Below, piece by piece: positions 35,597 to 49,040 of a DNA stretch of 64,000 nt. Position numbers and translations under genes: made by a program. Origin of the DNA: Escherichia coli (lineage in GTDB: Bacteria; Pseudomonadota; Gammaproteobacteria; Enterobacterales; Enterobacteriaceae); assembly GCF_046105845.1 (NCBI RefSeq), contig NZ_CP151004.1; one strand, written 5' to 3'. The stretch's first letter is position 1. Every line of letters begins with the position of its first letter. Below the pieces are notes generated by a model. The model was given only the letters and a program-made list of their open reading frames with translations. It was not told where the DNA came from and made no database searches.

Positions 35597-37089
35597 GAGT
35601 TCCCCGCGCCAGCGGGGATAAACCGTCCGATCCGAAAAAACGGGTAGTCGCCTACGAGAGTTCCCCGCGCCAGCGGGGATAAACCGCCCAGTGGCGAAGG
35701 GCAACGTAAGCATAAAACGAGTTCCCCGCGCCAGCGGGGATAAACCGGGGTAACACCGTGGCAGCAAGTCGATCCGCTGGAGTTCCCCGCGCCAGCGGGG
35801 ATAAACCTGATGCGCGCCGACTTGAATCACTGCGCATGGCGAGTTCCCCGCGCCAGCGGGGATAAACCGATGGACCGTGCCGCTTTTCGCCACCTGACGC
35901 CGAGTTCCCCGCGCCAGCGGGGATAAACCGTGGCTCCGGTCGGGGCCCGCCGCTTGCGGTGGGAGTTCCCCGCGCCAGCGGGGATAAACCGGTGCGTGAA
36001 TTATCTATCCAGGCAAAAGTAACGAGTTCCCCGCGCCAGCGGGGATAAACCGCATATTTTTCAGGATATCTATAAATGGGCGGGGAGTTCCCCGCGCCAG
36101 CGGGGATAAACCGCTCATCAAAATAATCGGCATTGTCAGAAATCCGAGTTCCCCGCGCCAGCGGGGATAAACCGTGCACTGGCTGACTACGCCGCAGCAC
36201 ATAAATGAGTTCCCCGCGCCAGCGGGGATAAACCGATAATTGATGCGATCTGGTCCACTACAGTGGCGAGTTCCCCGCGCCAGCGGGGATAAACCGTAGT
36301 TGCTGTTTAGGCTGTGTTGTGGTTACCAGAGTTCCCCGCGCCAGCGGGGATAAACCGACCTGCTCGCGATGCGTCTGCCGCTGGAACCCGAGTTCCCCGC
36401 GCCAGCGGGGATAAACCGTTGCGCGATCCATCGCTCAGCTTTGATCATGAGAGTTCCCCGCGCCAGCGGGGATAAACCGCGCAGCGCCGACGAACTGGAC
36501 GGCGCTATAAAGAGTTCCCCGCGCCAGCGGGGATAAACCGATGTGGCAGAAATTGATGGAGCGGATGTGCGAGAGTTCCCCGCGCCAGCGGGGATAAACC
36601 GATTTAGATACGGCACACAGGAATGCGCTGGATGAGTTCCCCGCGCCAGCGGGGATAAACCGCGGCTGGCTGTAATAATGCACGGCAGTGTGACGAGTTC
36701 CCCGCGCCAGCGGGGATAAACCGTGAATAATAAGGCGCTGACGGGCGATATTACGGAGTTCCCCGCGCCAGCGGGGATAAACCGGAACAACCTGAACGGA
36801 TGCCACCTTTTCACCTGAGTTCCCCGCGCCAGCGGGGATAAACCAACCGTCAGCATAGACCCATCTAGTCAGATTCTGTGTTCCCCGCGCCAGCGGGGAT
36901 AAACCGGCCCATTCCCCCCATACCGGCGGCAAGTTTAAGTGTTCCCCGCGCCAGCGGGGATAAACCGATTCCGTCAAATTTATCACTCAACGCCAGTTCG
37001 TGTTCCCCGCGCCAGCGGGGATAAACCGGGCGCACTGGATGCGATGATGGATATCACTTAGAATTCCCCGCCCCTGCGGTAGAACTCGC
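35597..37089 (+). CRISPR. type I-E CRISPR array, 25 repeats / 24 spacers
   Basis: 29-bp repeat GAGTTCCCCGCGCCAGCGGGGATAAACCG at strict 61-bp period; last three full repeats begin GTGTTCCCC; terminal repeat degenerate (GAATTCCCCGCCCCTGCGGTAGAACTCGC). Confidence 0.98.
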
Positions 37090-37109
37090 AGCTCTCATTT
37101 TCAACCCCA

Positions 37110-38147
37110 TCAAGACGCCTTCGCCAGCTCCTTCACCAGAGGTAGCATTATCCGCATAACATCACGGCAGCGACGTTCTATTCTTCCTGGAAGTGCCTTA
37201 TCAATATGTTGTTGATTATCCAGTCTTACGTCATGCCAGCTATTTCCCGCAGGGAATGCAGCTGTTTTTGCGCGTTGCTGATAACCATCCTTATTCCCAA
37301 GATTCCAATTTGTTGCTTCTACCGAAAGTACGGCAATACCGGCTTTGTCGAAAACTTCGGCGTCATTACAACAGCCAGTACCCTTCGGATAATTTTTATT
37401 CAAACCCGGATTGGTCGTTGCGGCAATTCCATGACTACGCGCAATTGCCAGTGCCCTGTCGCGCGTTAATTTCCTTACTGCTTCAGGGGTTTTTACACCA
37501 CTATTGAAATACAATTTATCGCCAACAATTAAGTTATCGAGATTAATCACCAGCAGCGTATTTTTCTTTTCGGTGTCACTCATCCGCTTGAGTAAATTCT
37601 CAGCGCCTAATTTCCCTTCCTCTTCACCGCTGGTCGCCACAAATCGAATACCATACTCGGTAGGCGTATTTTTCAGGCGTTCTGCCAGTTCCAGCATAAC
37701 ACCTAAACCTGCGGCGTTATCATCTATTCCTTGTAACGTCAGCCCGCCGAGATTGGCATCGGCGTCAGCATCGCTCAGCGGAGCGTAAGTATCCAGATGC
37801 GCCATAATGATGATCTGCTGCGGCGCTTTGCCTTCATGAGCGGCAATCACCGTACTTCCCGTCACGTTATGCCAGCTCTTGCGATTATCGCGGGCGGTAT
37901 AAATATACCGACTATTAAATGTCCGAATATCACTGCGATAACCCATTTGCTGAAACTGCTGGCGAATATAATCGGCAGATAACATTTCTGCAGGAGTTCC
38001 GGTCATGCGTCCCGGAAAGAAAGTAGCAATATGTCGTGCCTGGGTATTAGCAAAATCGCCAGGTTTAGGTGACGAGGCGTGTACGGGGAGAATAAAGCAT
38101 ACGCCGAGCGCCAGGGCAGCGGTACGGTGGCGCAATGCGGAAAACAT
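37110..38147 (-). CDS. iap: alkaline phosphatase isozyme conversion aminopeptidase
   Basis: 345-aa ORF with signal peptide, M28-type peptidase; position between array and cysD as in K-12. Confidence 0.88.
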   Translation of the reverse strand: MFSALRHRTAALALGVCFILPVHASSPKPGDFANTQARHIATFFPGRMTGTPAEMLSADYIRQQFQQMGYRSDIRTFNSRYIYTARDNRKSWHNVTGSTVIAAHEGKAPQQIIIMAHLDTYAPLSDADADANLGGLTLQGIDDNAAGLGVMLELAERLKNTPTEYGIRFVATSGEEEGKLGAENLLKRMSDTEKKNTLLVINLDNLIVGDKLYFNSGVKTPEAVRKLTRDRALAIARSHGIAATTNPGLNKNYPKGTGCCNDAEVFDKAGIAVLSVEATNWNLGNKDGYQQRAKTAAFPAGNSWHDVRLDNQQHIDKALPGRIERRCRDVMRIMLPLVKELAKAS

Positions 38148-38398
38148 AGTGAGTCCTTAAATACCATGCAAATTTTTTTACCGCCATAGTATGAAACTGC
38201 CGCTGCGCTAAAACAATTTCAAATCTTCCTAAACGCCCGAAATCCGGTGCCTTAAGCACTTTTTGATATTAGCTTTGCCAAATCGTTATTCCGTTAAGGA
38301 ACTACTCATTCTAATTGGTAATTTCATTCGTTCTCTTACGCTCCCTATAGTCGAAACATCTGATGGCAAGAAAATAGCGGTATTGCAAAGGAACGGTT

Positions 38399-39307
38399 AT
38401 GGATCAAAAACGACTTACTCACCTGCGGCAACTGGAGGCGGAAAGCATCCACATTATTCGCGAGGTGGCGGCAGAATTCTCAAATCCGGTGATGCTCTAC
38501 TCTATCGGTAAAGATTCCAGCGTCATGCTGCATCTGGCGCGCAAGGCGTTTTATCCAGGTACGCTGCCTTTCCCGTTGCTGCATGTCGATACCGGCTGGA
38601 AATTCCGCGAGATGTATGAGTTCCGCGATCGTACGGCTAAAGCCTACGGCTGCGAGCTGCTGGTGCATAAAAACCCGGAAGGCGTGGCGATGGGGATTAA
38701 TCCATTCGTACACGGCAGCGCGAAACATACCGATATTATGAAAACTGAAGGCCTGAAACAGGCGCTGAACAAATACGGTTTTGATGCCGCCTTCGGTGGT
38801 GCGCGCCGTGACGAAGAAAAATCCCGCGCTAAAGAGCGAATTTACTCTTTCCGTGACCGCTTCCATCGCTGGGATCCGAAAAATCAGCGCCCGGAGCTGT
38901 GGCACAACTACAACGGGCAAATTAACAAAGGCGAAAGCATTCGCGTCTTCCCGCTCTCTAACTGGACCGAGCAGGATATCTGGCAATACATCTGGCTGGA
39001 AAATATCGACATTGTTCCGCTGTATCTCGCTGCAGAACGTCCGGTTCTGGAACGCGACGGTATGTTGATGATGATTGATGACAACCGTATCGACCTGCAA
39101 CCGGGCGAAGTGATTAAAAAACGGATGGTGCGTTTCCGTACGCTGGGCTGCTGGCCGCTGACCGGTGCGGTGGAGTCAAATGCACAAACACTGCCGGAGA
39201 TCATCGAAGAGATGCTGGTTTCCACCACCAGTGAACGTCAGGGCCGCGTGATTGACCGCGACCAGGCGGGGTCTATGGAGCTGAAAAAACGTCAGGGGTA
39301 TTTTTAA
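38399..39307 (+). CDS. cysD: sulfate adenylyltransferase subunit 2
   Basis: 302-aa [30 protein letters not shown]... Confidence 0.95.
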   Translation: MDQKRLTHLRQLEAESIHIIREVAAEFSNPVMLYSIGKDSSVMLHLARKAFYPGTLPFPLLHVDTGWKFREMYEFRDRTAKAYGCELLVHKNPEGVAMGINPFVHGSAKHTDIMKTEGLKQALNKYGFDAAFGGARRDEEKSRAKERIYSFRDRFHRWDPKNQRPELWHNYNGQINKGESIRVFPLSNWTEQDIWQYIWLENIDIVPLYLAAERPVLERDGMLMMIDDNRIDLQPGEVIKKRMVRFRTLGCWPLTGAVESNAQTLPEIIEEMLVSTTSERQGRVIDRDQAGSMELKKRQGYF

Positions 39308-39308
39308 G

Positions 39309-40736
39309 ATGAACACCGCACTTGCACAACAAATCGCCAATGAAGGCGGCGTCGAAGCCTGGATGATTGCGCAACAACATAAAAGCCTGCTGCGTTTTCT
39401 GACCTGTGGTAGCGTCGATGACGGCAAAAGTACTCTGATTGGTCGTCTGCTGCATGATACCCGCCAAATCTACGAAGATCAGCTCTCATCGCTGCATAAC
39501 GACAGTAAGCGTCACGGCACTCAGGGCGAAAAGCTGGATCTGGCACTGCTGGTGGACGGCCTGCAAGCTGAGCGCGAACAGGGCATCACCATTGACGTGG
39601 CTTACCGTTATTTCTCTACCGAGAAGCGCAAATTTATTATCGCCGACACCCCTGGGCACGAGCAGTACACCCGCAATATGGCGACCGGCGCATCGACATG
39701 CGAACTGGCGATCTTACTGATCGACGCCCGTAAAGGCGTGCTCGATCAAACCCGTCGTCACAGTTTTATCTCCACACTGTTGGGGATCAAACATCTGGTC
39801 GTGGCGATCAACAAAATGGATCTGGTGGGTTACAGTGAAGAGACGTTCACCCGTATTCGCGAAGATTATCTGACGTTTGCCGGGCAGCTGCCGGGTAATC
39901 TGGATATCCGCTTTGTGCCGCTCTCTGCACTGGAAGGCGACAACGTGGCTTCGCAAAGTGAAAGTATGCCGTGGTACAGCGGTCCGACACTGCTCGAAGT
40001 GCTGGAAACCGTGGAGATCCAGCGAGTGGTGGATGCCCAGCCAATGCGCTTCCCGGTGCAGTACGTTAATCGCCCGAATCTCGATTTTCGTGGCTACGCC
40101 GGAACGCTGGCATCCGGTCGAGTGGAAGTCGGGCAACGTGTCAAAGTGCTGCCCTCTGGTGTGGAATCAAACGTCGCGCGGATCGTGACTTTTGATGGCG
40201 ATCGCGAAGAAGCCTTTGCCGGAGAAGCGATCACCCTGGTGCTGACGGATGAGATCGACATCAGCCGTGGCGATCTGCTGCTGGCGGCAGACGAATCGTT
40301 ACCGGCTGTGCAGAGCGCGTCGGTGGATGTGGTATGGATGGCGGAACAGCCGCTTTCCCCAGGCCAGAGTTACGACATCAAAATTGCCGGTAAGAAGACG
40401 CGTGCTCGTGTTGATGGCATTCGTTATCAGGTTGATATTAATAACCTTACCCAACGCGAAGTTGAAAACCTGCCGCTGAACGGCATCGGCCTGGTGGATC
40501 TCACTTTTGACGAGCCACTGGTGTTAGATCGTTATCAGCAAAATCCGGTTACCGGTGGGCTGATTTTTATCGATCGCCTGAGCAATGTGACCGTGGGTGC
40601 CGGTATGGTGCACGAGCCAGTTAGCCAGGCAACTGCTGCGCCATCTGAATTCAGTGCATTCGAACTGGAATTGAATGCCCTGGTTCGCCGCCACTTTCCA
40701 CACTGGGGCGCGCGCGATTTACTGGGGGATAAATAA
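39309..40736 (+). CDS. cysN: sulfate adenylyltransferase subunit 1 (GTPase)
   Basis: 475-aa ORF with GTP-binding motifs ([18 protein letters not shown]). Confidence 0.95.
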
Positions 40737-40738
40737 TA

Positions 40739-41344
40739 ATGGCGCTGCATGACGAAAACGTCGTCTGGCATAGCCATCCAGTCACTGTACAACAACGCGA
40801 GCTACACCACGGTCATCGCGGTGTAGTGCTGTGGTTTACCGGCCTCTCCGGGTCCGGTAAATCAACGGTCGCCGGGGCGCTGGAGGAGGCGTTACATAAA
40901 CTCGGCGTCAGTACGTATCTGCTGGATGGCGATAATGTTCGCCACGGATTATGCAGCGATCTCGGTTTTAGCGATGCCGATCGTAAAGAAAATATCCGTC
41001 GCGTCGGTGAAGTGGCGAATTTGATGGTTGAAGCCGGACTGGTGGTGCTGACCGCATTCATCTCGCCACACCGCGCCGAACGCCAGATGGTTCGCGAACG
41101 CGTAGGAGAAGGGCGCTTTATCGAAGTGTTTGTCGATACACCGCTGGCGATTTGCGAAGCCCGCGATCCAAAAGGCTTATATAAGAAAGCGCGTGCCGGT
41201 GAACTGCGTAACTTTACGGGAATAGATTCTGTTTACGAAGCGCCTGAATCGGCAGAAATTCATCTCAATGGTGAACAATTAGTAACAAATTTGGTACAGC
41301 AATTATTAGATCTGTTGAGACAGAACGATATTATCAGATCCTGA
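40739..41344 (+). CDS. cysC: adenylylsulfate kinase
   Basis: 201-aa ORF with P-loop GLSGSGKST. Confidence 0.95.
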
Positions 41345-41393
41345 GACACCACCGGGTTTCCATGCCCGGTTCGTCAAAGTAACAGGATCAAAT

Positions 41394-41717
41394 ATGCGTA
41401 ATAGCCATAACATTACACTAACAAATAACGACAGCCTTACTGAGGATGAAGAAACCACATGGTCACTGCCTGGTGCCGTGGTCGGTTTTATCTCATGGTT
41501 ATTTGCGCTGGCGATGCCGATGTTGATTTATGGCTCTAACACGCTGTTCTTCTTTATCTACACCTGGCCTTTCTTTCTGGCACTGATGCCTGTCGCGGTA
41601 GTGGTGGGGATTGCGCTGCATTCATTGATGGACGGAAAGCTACGCTACAGTATTGTTTTCACCCTGGTGACAGTAGGCATTATGTTTGGCGCACTGTTTA
41701 TGTGGCTACTGGGCTAA
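41394..41717 (+). CDS. ygbE: small inner-membrane protein YgbE
   Basis: 107-aa ORF with hydrophobic segments; position between cysC and ftsB. Confidence 0.7.
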   Translation: MRNSHNITLTNNDSLTEDEETTWSLPGAVVGFISWLFALAMPMLIYGSNTLFFFIYTWPFFLALMPVAVVVGIALHSLMDGKLRYSIVFTLVTVGIMFGALFMWLLG

Positions 41718-41910
41718 TTTGTACTTTCTTGTCTCCTCTGTTCATAATTCAAACCGTAACTAATAATGAGATTATGTTCTGCACGCCCTGGGTATACGTA
41801 ACAATGGACAAATGTGGTACATTTGCCCGCGTTGTCGCGGTATCCCCAACAGAGGATGTAGAGTCGTCTTCGGATGCATGGGATGATGATGCCGTTTTTC
41901 AGGGGGCAGG

Positions 41911-42222
41911 ATGGGTAAACTAACGCTGCTGTTGCTGGCTATTCTGGTCTGGCTACAGTATTCGCTGTGGTTCGGTAAGAACGGTATACATGACTATACC
42001 CGCGTCAATGATGATGTGGCGGCACAGCAAGCTACAAACGCGAAACTTAAAGCGCGAAACGATCAACTTTTTGCCGAAATTGACGATCTCAATGGCGGCC
42101 AGGAGGCGCTCGAAGAGCGTGCGCGTAATGAACTCAGCATGACCAGGCCGGGCGAAACTTTTTATCGTCTGGTGCCTGACGCGTCGAAGCGCGCACAGTC
42201 TGCGGGGCAAAACAATCGATAA
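41911..42222 (+). CDS. ftsB: cell division protein FtsB
   Basis: 103-aa [32 protein letters not shown]..., coiled coil. Confidence 0.9.
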
Positions 42223-42240
42223 ATCAGCCCAGGAATTAAC

Positions 42241-42951
42241 ATGGCAACCACTCATTTGGATGTTTGCGCCGTGGTTCCGGCGGCCGGATTTGGCCGTCGA
42301 ATGCAAACGGAATGTCCTAAGCAATATCTCTCAATCGGTAATCAAACCATTCTTGAACACTCGGTGCATGCGCTGCTGGCGCACCCCCGGGTGAAACATG
42401 TCGTCATTGCCATAAGTCCTGGCGATAGCCGTTTTGCACAACTTCCTCTGGCGAATCATCCGCAAATCACCGTTGTAGATGGCGGTGATGAGCGTGCCGA
42501 TTCCGTGCTGGCAGGTTTGAAAGCCGCTGGCGACGCGCAGTGGGTATTGGTGCATGACGCCGCTCGTCCTTGTCTGCATCAGGATGACCTCGCGCGATTG
42601 TTGGCGTTGAGCGAAACCAGCCGCACGGGGGGGATCCTCGCCGCACCAGTGCGCGATACGATGAAACGTGCCGAACCGGGCAAAAATGCCATTGCTCATA
42701 CCGTTGATCGCAACGGCTTATGGCACGCGCTGACGCCGCAATTTTTCCCTCGTGAGCTGTTACATGACTGCCTGACGCGCGCTCTAAATGAAGGCGCTAC
42801 CATTACCGACGAAGCCTCGGCGCTGGAATATTGCGGATTTCATCCGCAGTTGGTCGAAGGCCGCGCGGATAACATTAAAGTCACGCGCCCGGAAGATTTG
42901 GCACTGGCCGAGTTTTACCTCACCCGAACCATCCATCAGGAGAATACATAA
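42241..42951 (+). CDS. ispD: 2-C-methyl-D-erythritol 4-phosphate cytidylyltransferase
   Basis: 236-aa ORF; overlaps ispF start. Confidence 0.93.
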
Positions 42952-43430
42952 TGCGAATTGGACACGGTTTTGACGTACACGCCTTTGGCGGTGAAGGCCC
43001 AATTATCATTGGTGGCGTACGCATTCCTTACGAAAAAGGATTGCTGGCGCATTCTGATGGCGACGTGGCGCTCCATGCGTTGACCGATGCATTGCTTGGC
43101 GCGGCGGCGCTGGGGGATATCGGCAAGCTGTTCCCGGATACCGATCCGGCATTTAAAGGTGCCGACAGCCGCGAGCTGCTACGCGAAGCCTGGCGTCGTA
43201 TTCAGGCGAAGGGTTATACCCTGGGCAACGTCGATGTCACTATCATCGCTCAGGCACCGAAGATGTTGCCGCACATTCCACAAATGCGCGTGTTTATTGC
43301 CGAAGATCTCGGCTGCCATATGGATGATGTTAACGTGAAAGCCACTACTACGGAAAAACTTGGATTTACCGGACGTGGGGAAGGGATTGCCTGTGAAGCG
43401 GTGGCGCTACTCATTAAGGCAACAAAATGA
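42951..43430 (+). CDS. ispF: 2-C-methyl-D-erythritol 2,4-cyclodiphosphate synthase
   Basis: 159-aa [42 protein letters not shown]... Confidence 0.95.
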
Positions 43431-44456
43431 TTGAGTTTGATAATCTCACTTACCTCCACGGTAAACCGCAAGGCACCGGGCTGCTGAAAGCCAATCCGGA
43501 AGACTTTGTGGTGGTGGAAGATTTGGGCTTTGAGCCTGATGGTGAAGGTGAGCATATTCTGGTTAGAATCCTCAAAAACGGCTGCAATACCCGTTTTGTG
43601 GCGGATGCACTGGCGAAATTCCTTAAAATTCATGCCCGTGAAGTCAGCTTCGCTGGGCAAAAAGACAAACATGCTGTAACGGAACAGTGGTTATGTGCTC
43701 GCGTGCCGGGCAAGGAAATGCCCGATCTGAGCGCCTTTCAACTGGAAGGCTGCCAGGTGCTGGAGTATGCGCGGCACAAGCGCAAGCTGCGTTTAGGCGC
43801 GCTGAAAGGTAACGCCTTTACCCTGGTTCTGCGCGAAGTGAGCAATCGCGATGACGTTGAACAACGTCTGATCGATATTTGCGTAAAAGGTGTACCGAAC
43901 TACTTCGGTGCCCAACGTTTTGGGATTGGCGGTAGCAACTTGCAGGGCGCGCTGCGCTGGGCGCAAACCAATACTCCGGTGCGCGATCGCAATAAACGGA
44001 GTTTTTGGTTGTCGGCAGCCCGCAGTGCGTTGTTTAATCAGATTGTTGCTGAGCGCCTCAAAAAAGCAGACGTTAATCAAGTTGTTGACGGCGATGCGCT
44101 ACAATTAGCCGGACGTGGTAGCTGGTTTGTCGCAACCACCGAAGAACTGGCGGAATTACAGCGTCGCGTCAACGATAAAGAGCTGATGATAACCGCCGCA
44201 TTGCCGGGCAGTGGCGAATGGGGAACTCAGCGTGAAGCGTTAGCATTCGAACAAGCAGCTGTCGCCGCAGAAACTGAATTACAAGCCTTACTGGTGCGCG
44301 AAAAAGTTGAAGCCGCGCGCAGAGCGATGCTGCTGTATCCGCAACAATTAAGCTGGAACTGGTGGGATGACGTCACCGTAGAAATCCGTTTCTGGCTTCC
44401 GGCGGGAAGTTTTGCAACCAGCGTTGTCAGGGAACTTATCAACACAACAGGTGATT

Positions 44457-44476
<20 letters not shown>
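43427..44476 (+). CDS. truD: tRNA pseudouridine(13) synthase
   Basis: 349-aa ORF; overlaps ispF and surE. Confidence 0.9.
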
Positions 44477-45838
<1,362 letters not shown>

Positions 45839-45977
45839 AACGTGAGGAAATACCTGGATTTTTCCTGGTTATTTTGCCGCAGGTCAGCGTATCGTGAACA
45901 TCTTTTCCAGTGTTCAGTATGGTGCCTTGCACGGTAATTATGTCACTGGTTATTAACCAATTTTTCCTGGGGGATAA

Positions 45978-47117
45978 ATGAGCGCGGGAAGCCCAAAATT
46001 CACCGTTCGCCGCATTGCGGCTTTGTCACTGGTTTCGCTATGGCTGGCAGGCTGTTCTGACACTTCAAATCCACCGGCCCCGGTAAGCTCCGTTAATGGC
46101 AATGCGCCTGCAAATACCAATTCTGGTATGTTGATTACGCCGCCGCCGAAAATGGGGACGACGTCTACAGCTCAGCAACCGCAAATTCAGCCGGTACAGC
46201 AGCCACAAATTCAGGCAACTCAACAACCGCAAATCCAGCCGGTGCAGCCAGTAGCTCAGCAGCCGGTACAGATGGAAAACGGACGCATCGTCTACAACCG
46301 TCAGTATGGGAACATTCCGAAAGGCAGTTATAGCGGCAGTACCTATACCGTGAAAAAAGGCGACACACTTTTCTATATCGCCTGGATTACTGGCAACGAT
46401 TTCCGTGACCTTGCTCAGCGCAACAATATTCAGGCACCATACGCGCTGAACGTCGGTCAGACCTTACAGGTGGGTAATGCTTCCGGTACGCCAATCACTG
46501 GCGGAAATGCCATTACCCAGGCCGACGCAGCAGAGCAAGGAGTTGTGATCAAGCCTGCACAAAATTCCACCGTTGCTGTTGCGTCGCAACCGACAATTAC
46601 GTATTCTGAGTCTTCGGGTGAACAGAGTGCTAACAAAATGTTGCCGAACAACAAGCCAACTGCGACCACGGTCACAGCGCCTGTAACGGTACCAACAGCA
46701 AGCACAACCGAGCCGACTGTCAGCAGTACATCAACCAGTACGCCTATCTCCACCTGGCGTTGGCCGACTGAGGGCAAAGTGATCGAAACCTTTGGCGCTT
46801 CTGAGGGGGGCAACAAGGGGATTGATATCGCAGGCAGCAAAGGACAGGCAATTATCGCGACCGCAGATGGCCGCGTTGTTTATGCCGGTAACGCGCTGCG
46901 CGGCTACGGTAATCTGATTATCATCAAACATAATGATGATTACCTGAGTGCCTACGCCCATAACGACACAATGCTGGTCCGGGAACAACAAGAAGTGAAG
47001 GCGGGGCAAAAAATAGCAACCATGGGTAGCACCGGAACCAGTTCAACACGCTTGCATTTTGAAATTCGTTACAAGGGGAAATCCGTAAACCCGCTGCGTT
47101 ATTTGCCGCAGCGATAA
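45978..47117 (+). CDS. nlpD: lipoprotein NlpD (LysM + M23 peptidase-like)
   Basis: 379-aa ORF with lipobox (LAGCS), QQPQIQ tandem repeats, LysM and C-terminal M23 domain; in K-12 the main rpoS promoter lies inside this gene (not verified here). Confidence 0.93.
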   Translation: MSAGSPKFTVRRIAALSLVSLWLAGCSDTSNPPAPVSSVNGNAPANTNSGMLITPPPKMGTTSTAQQPQIQPVQQPQIQATQQPQIQPVQPVAQQPVQMENGRIVYNRQYGNIPKGSYSGSTYTVKKGDTLFYIAWITGNDFRDLAQRNNIQAPYALNVGQTLQVGNASGTPITGGNAITQADAAEQGVVIKPAQNSTVAVASQPTITYSESSGEQSANKMLPNNKPTATTVTAPVTVPTASTTEPTVSSTSTSTPISTWRWPTEGKVIETFGASEGGNKGIDIAGSKGQAIIATADGRVVYAGNALRGYGNLIIIKHNDDYLSAYAHNDTMLVREQQEVKAGQKIATMGSTGTSSTRLHFEIRYKGKSVNPLRYLPQR

Positions 47118-47179
47118 ATCGGCGGAACCAGGCTTTTGCTTGAATGTTCCGTCAAGGGATCACGGGTAGGAGCCACCTT

Positions 47180-48172
47180 ATGAGTCAGAATACGCTGAAA
47201 GTTCATGATTTAAATGAAGATGCGGAATTTGATGAGAACGGAGTTGAGGTTTTTGACGAAAAGGCCTTAGTAGAAGAGGAACCCAGTGATAACGATTTGG
47301 CCGAAGAGGAACTGTTATCGCAGGGAGCCACACAGCGTGTGTTGGACGCGACTCAGCTTTACCTTGGTGAGATTGGTTATTCACCACTGTTAACGGCCGA
47401 AGAAGAAGTTTATTTTGCGCGTCGCGCACTGCGTGGAGATGTTGCCTCCCGCCGCCGGATGATCGAGAGTAACTTGCGTCTGGTGGTAAAAATTGCCCGC
47501 CGTTATGGCAATCGTGGTCTGGCGTTGCTGGACCTGATCGAAGAGGGCAACCTGGGGCTGATCCGCGCGGTAGAGAAGTTTGACCCGGAACGTGGTTTCC
47601 GCTTCTCAACATACGCAACCTGGTGGATTCGCCAGACGATCGAACGGGCGATTATGAACCAAACCCGTACTATTCGTTTGCCGATTCACATCGTAAAGGA
47701 GCTGAACGTTTACCTGCGAACCGCACGCGAGTTGTCCCATAAACTGGACCACGAACCAAGTGCGGAAGAGATCGCAGAGCAACTGGATAAGCCAGTTGAT
47801 GACGTCAGCCGTATGCTTCGTCTTAACGAGCGCATTACCTCGGTAGACACCCCGCTGGGTGGTGATTCCGAAAAAGCGTTGCTGGACATCCTGGCCGATG
47901 AAAAAGAGAACGGTCCGGAAGATACCACGCAAGATGACGATATGAAGCAGAGCATCGTCAAATGGCTGTTCGAGCTGAACGCCAAACAGCGTGAAGTACT
48001 GGCACGTCGATTCGGTTTGCTGGGGTACGAAGCGGCAACACTGGAAGATGTAGGTCGTGAAATTGGCCTCACCCGTGAACGTGTTCGCCAGATTCAGGTT
48101 GAAGGCCTGCGCCGTTTGCGCGAAATCCTGCAAACGCAGGGGCTGAATATCGAAGCGCTGTTCCGCGAGTAA
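47180..48172 (+). CDS. rpoS: RNA polymerase sigma factor sigma-S
   Basis: 330 aa from [14 protein letters not shown]...; sigma-70 family regions 2-4. Confidence 0.96.
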   Translation: MSQNTLKVHDLNEDAEFDENGVEVFDEKALVEEEPSDNDLAEEELLSQGATQRVLDATQLYLGEIGYSPLLTAEEEVYFARRALRGDVASRRRMIESNLRLVVKIARRYGNRGLALLDLIEEGNLGLIRAVEKFDPERGFRFSTYATWWIRQTIERAIMNQTRTIRLPIHIVKELNVYLRTARELSHKLDHEPSAEEIAEQLDKPVDDVSRMLRLNERITSVDTPLGGDSEKALLDILADEKENGPEDTTQDDDMKQSIVKWLFELNAKQREVLARRFGLLGYEAATLEDVGREIGLTRERVRQIQVEGLRRLREILQTQGLNIEALFRE

Positions 48173-48187
48173 GTAAGCATCTGTCAG

Positions 48188-48226
48188 AAAGGCCAGTCTC
48201 AAGCGAGGCTGGCCTTTTTCTTTTGT
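48188..48226 (+). terminator. intrinsic terminator after rpoS
   Basis: AAAGGCCAGTCTC-AAGC-GAGGCTGGCCTTTTTCTTTTG hairpin plus T-run. Confidence 0.65.
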
Positions 48227-48292
48227 TTGGGAAGTCGGTGTGTTTTGTCGCCTGGATAAGACTCGTCAGCGTCCTACCCGGCAATCAGCATC

Positions 48293-48637
48293 CTATTTGC
48301 TCATCATCTTGCGCACCAACTGCATAAACAGCTCCTTCTCTTCTGCACTCAAACGCCCCAAAAATTCCTCATCCACACTGTCACCAATCGGTATCGCCGC
48401 AGCAAGTACCTTTTCTCCTTCGGCAGTCAGCCAGACAAAGCGACGCCGCTTGTCAGCGGCGTCATGTTCACGTCTGACTAAGCCACGATTTTCCATTCTT
48501 GCCAACATTTCTGCCAGCGTTGCTTTGGTGCTGACTGCTGCTTCTATCAGTGCCACCTGTTCGATACCAGGCTTATCAGCAATGGCGCGCATCACCGCGT
48601 ACTGTGGTTTGGTCAGGTCAGGTAACTCGACCCCGGC
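48293..48637 (-). pseudogene. 5'-truncated MarR/SlyA-family regulator remnant
   Basis: Frame encodes ...LPDLTKPQYAVMRAIADKPGIEQVALIEAAV...RMENRGLVRR... (winged-helix MarR core) but is closed by an in-frame TGA at 48638-48640; about 25 N-terminal residues and any promoter missing. Confidence 0.55.
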
Positions 48638-48793
48638 TCAAGCCCGGCCGGGATCACCGACAAGCTGATTATCGACGCCACCACGCCTGTCGCCCCGGAC
48701 AACCGTGGTCACTACAGCCAGCCCGTGGTGGATTTGCCGGAAACCAAAGCCTGGGCTGAAAAACTGACCGCTATGCTGGCCGCACGTAAATAA
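48626..48793 (+). pseudogene. 3' remnant of a UbiD-family decarboxylase gene
   Basis: 55 in-frame codons (...GITDKLIIDATTPVAPDNRGHYSQPVVDLPETKAWAEKLTAMLAARK*) preceded by an in-frame TAA and no start; sits 10 nt upstream of the 78-aa subunit-D-like ORF. Confidence 0.45.
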
Positions 48794-48803
48794 GGAGAAC
48801 AAG

Positions 48804-49040
48804 ATGATTTGTCCACGTTGTGCCGATGAACAGATTGAAGTGATGGCGAAATCGCCGGTAAAAGATGTCTGGACGGTCTACCAGTGCCAGCATTGCCTCT
48901 ATACCTGGCGCGATACCGAACCGCTACGCCGCACCAGCCGCGAACATTATCCCGAAGCGTTCCGCATGACGCAGAAAGATATTGATGACGCGCCGATGGT
49001 GCCGAGCATCCCGCCGCTGCTGGCGGCAGATAAGCGTTAA
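48804..49040 (+). CDS. small zinc-ribbon protein resembling subunit D of UbiD-type phenolic acid decarboxylases (orphaned)
   Basis: 78-aa ORF MICPRCADEQIEVMAKSPVKDVWTVYQCQHCLYTWRD... with CxxC...CxxC; RBS AAGGAG 7 nt upstream. Confidence 0.55.
   Translation: MICPRCADEQIEVMAKSPVKDVWTVYQCQHCLYTWRDTEPLRRTSREHYPEAFRMTQKDIDDAPMVPSIPPLLAADKR

Noticed and set aside
35555-36986. Several overlapping 65-183 aa minus-strand ORFs across the cas-adjacent CRISPR array
   Set aside because: Same repeat-translation artefact as above
48550-48759. 69-aa plus-strand ORF spanning the deletion junction downstream of rpoS
   Set aside because: Out of frame with both the MarR-like and UbiD-like remnants; Arg/Pro-rich translation typical of an off-frame read of GC-rich coding remnant
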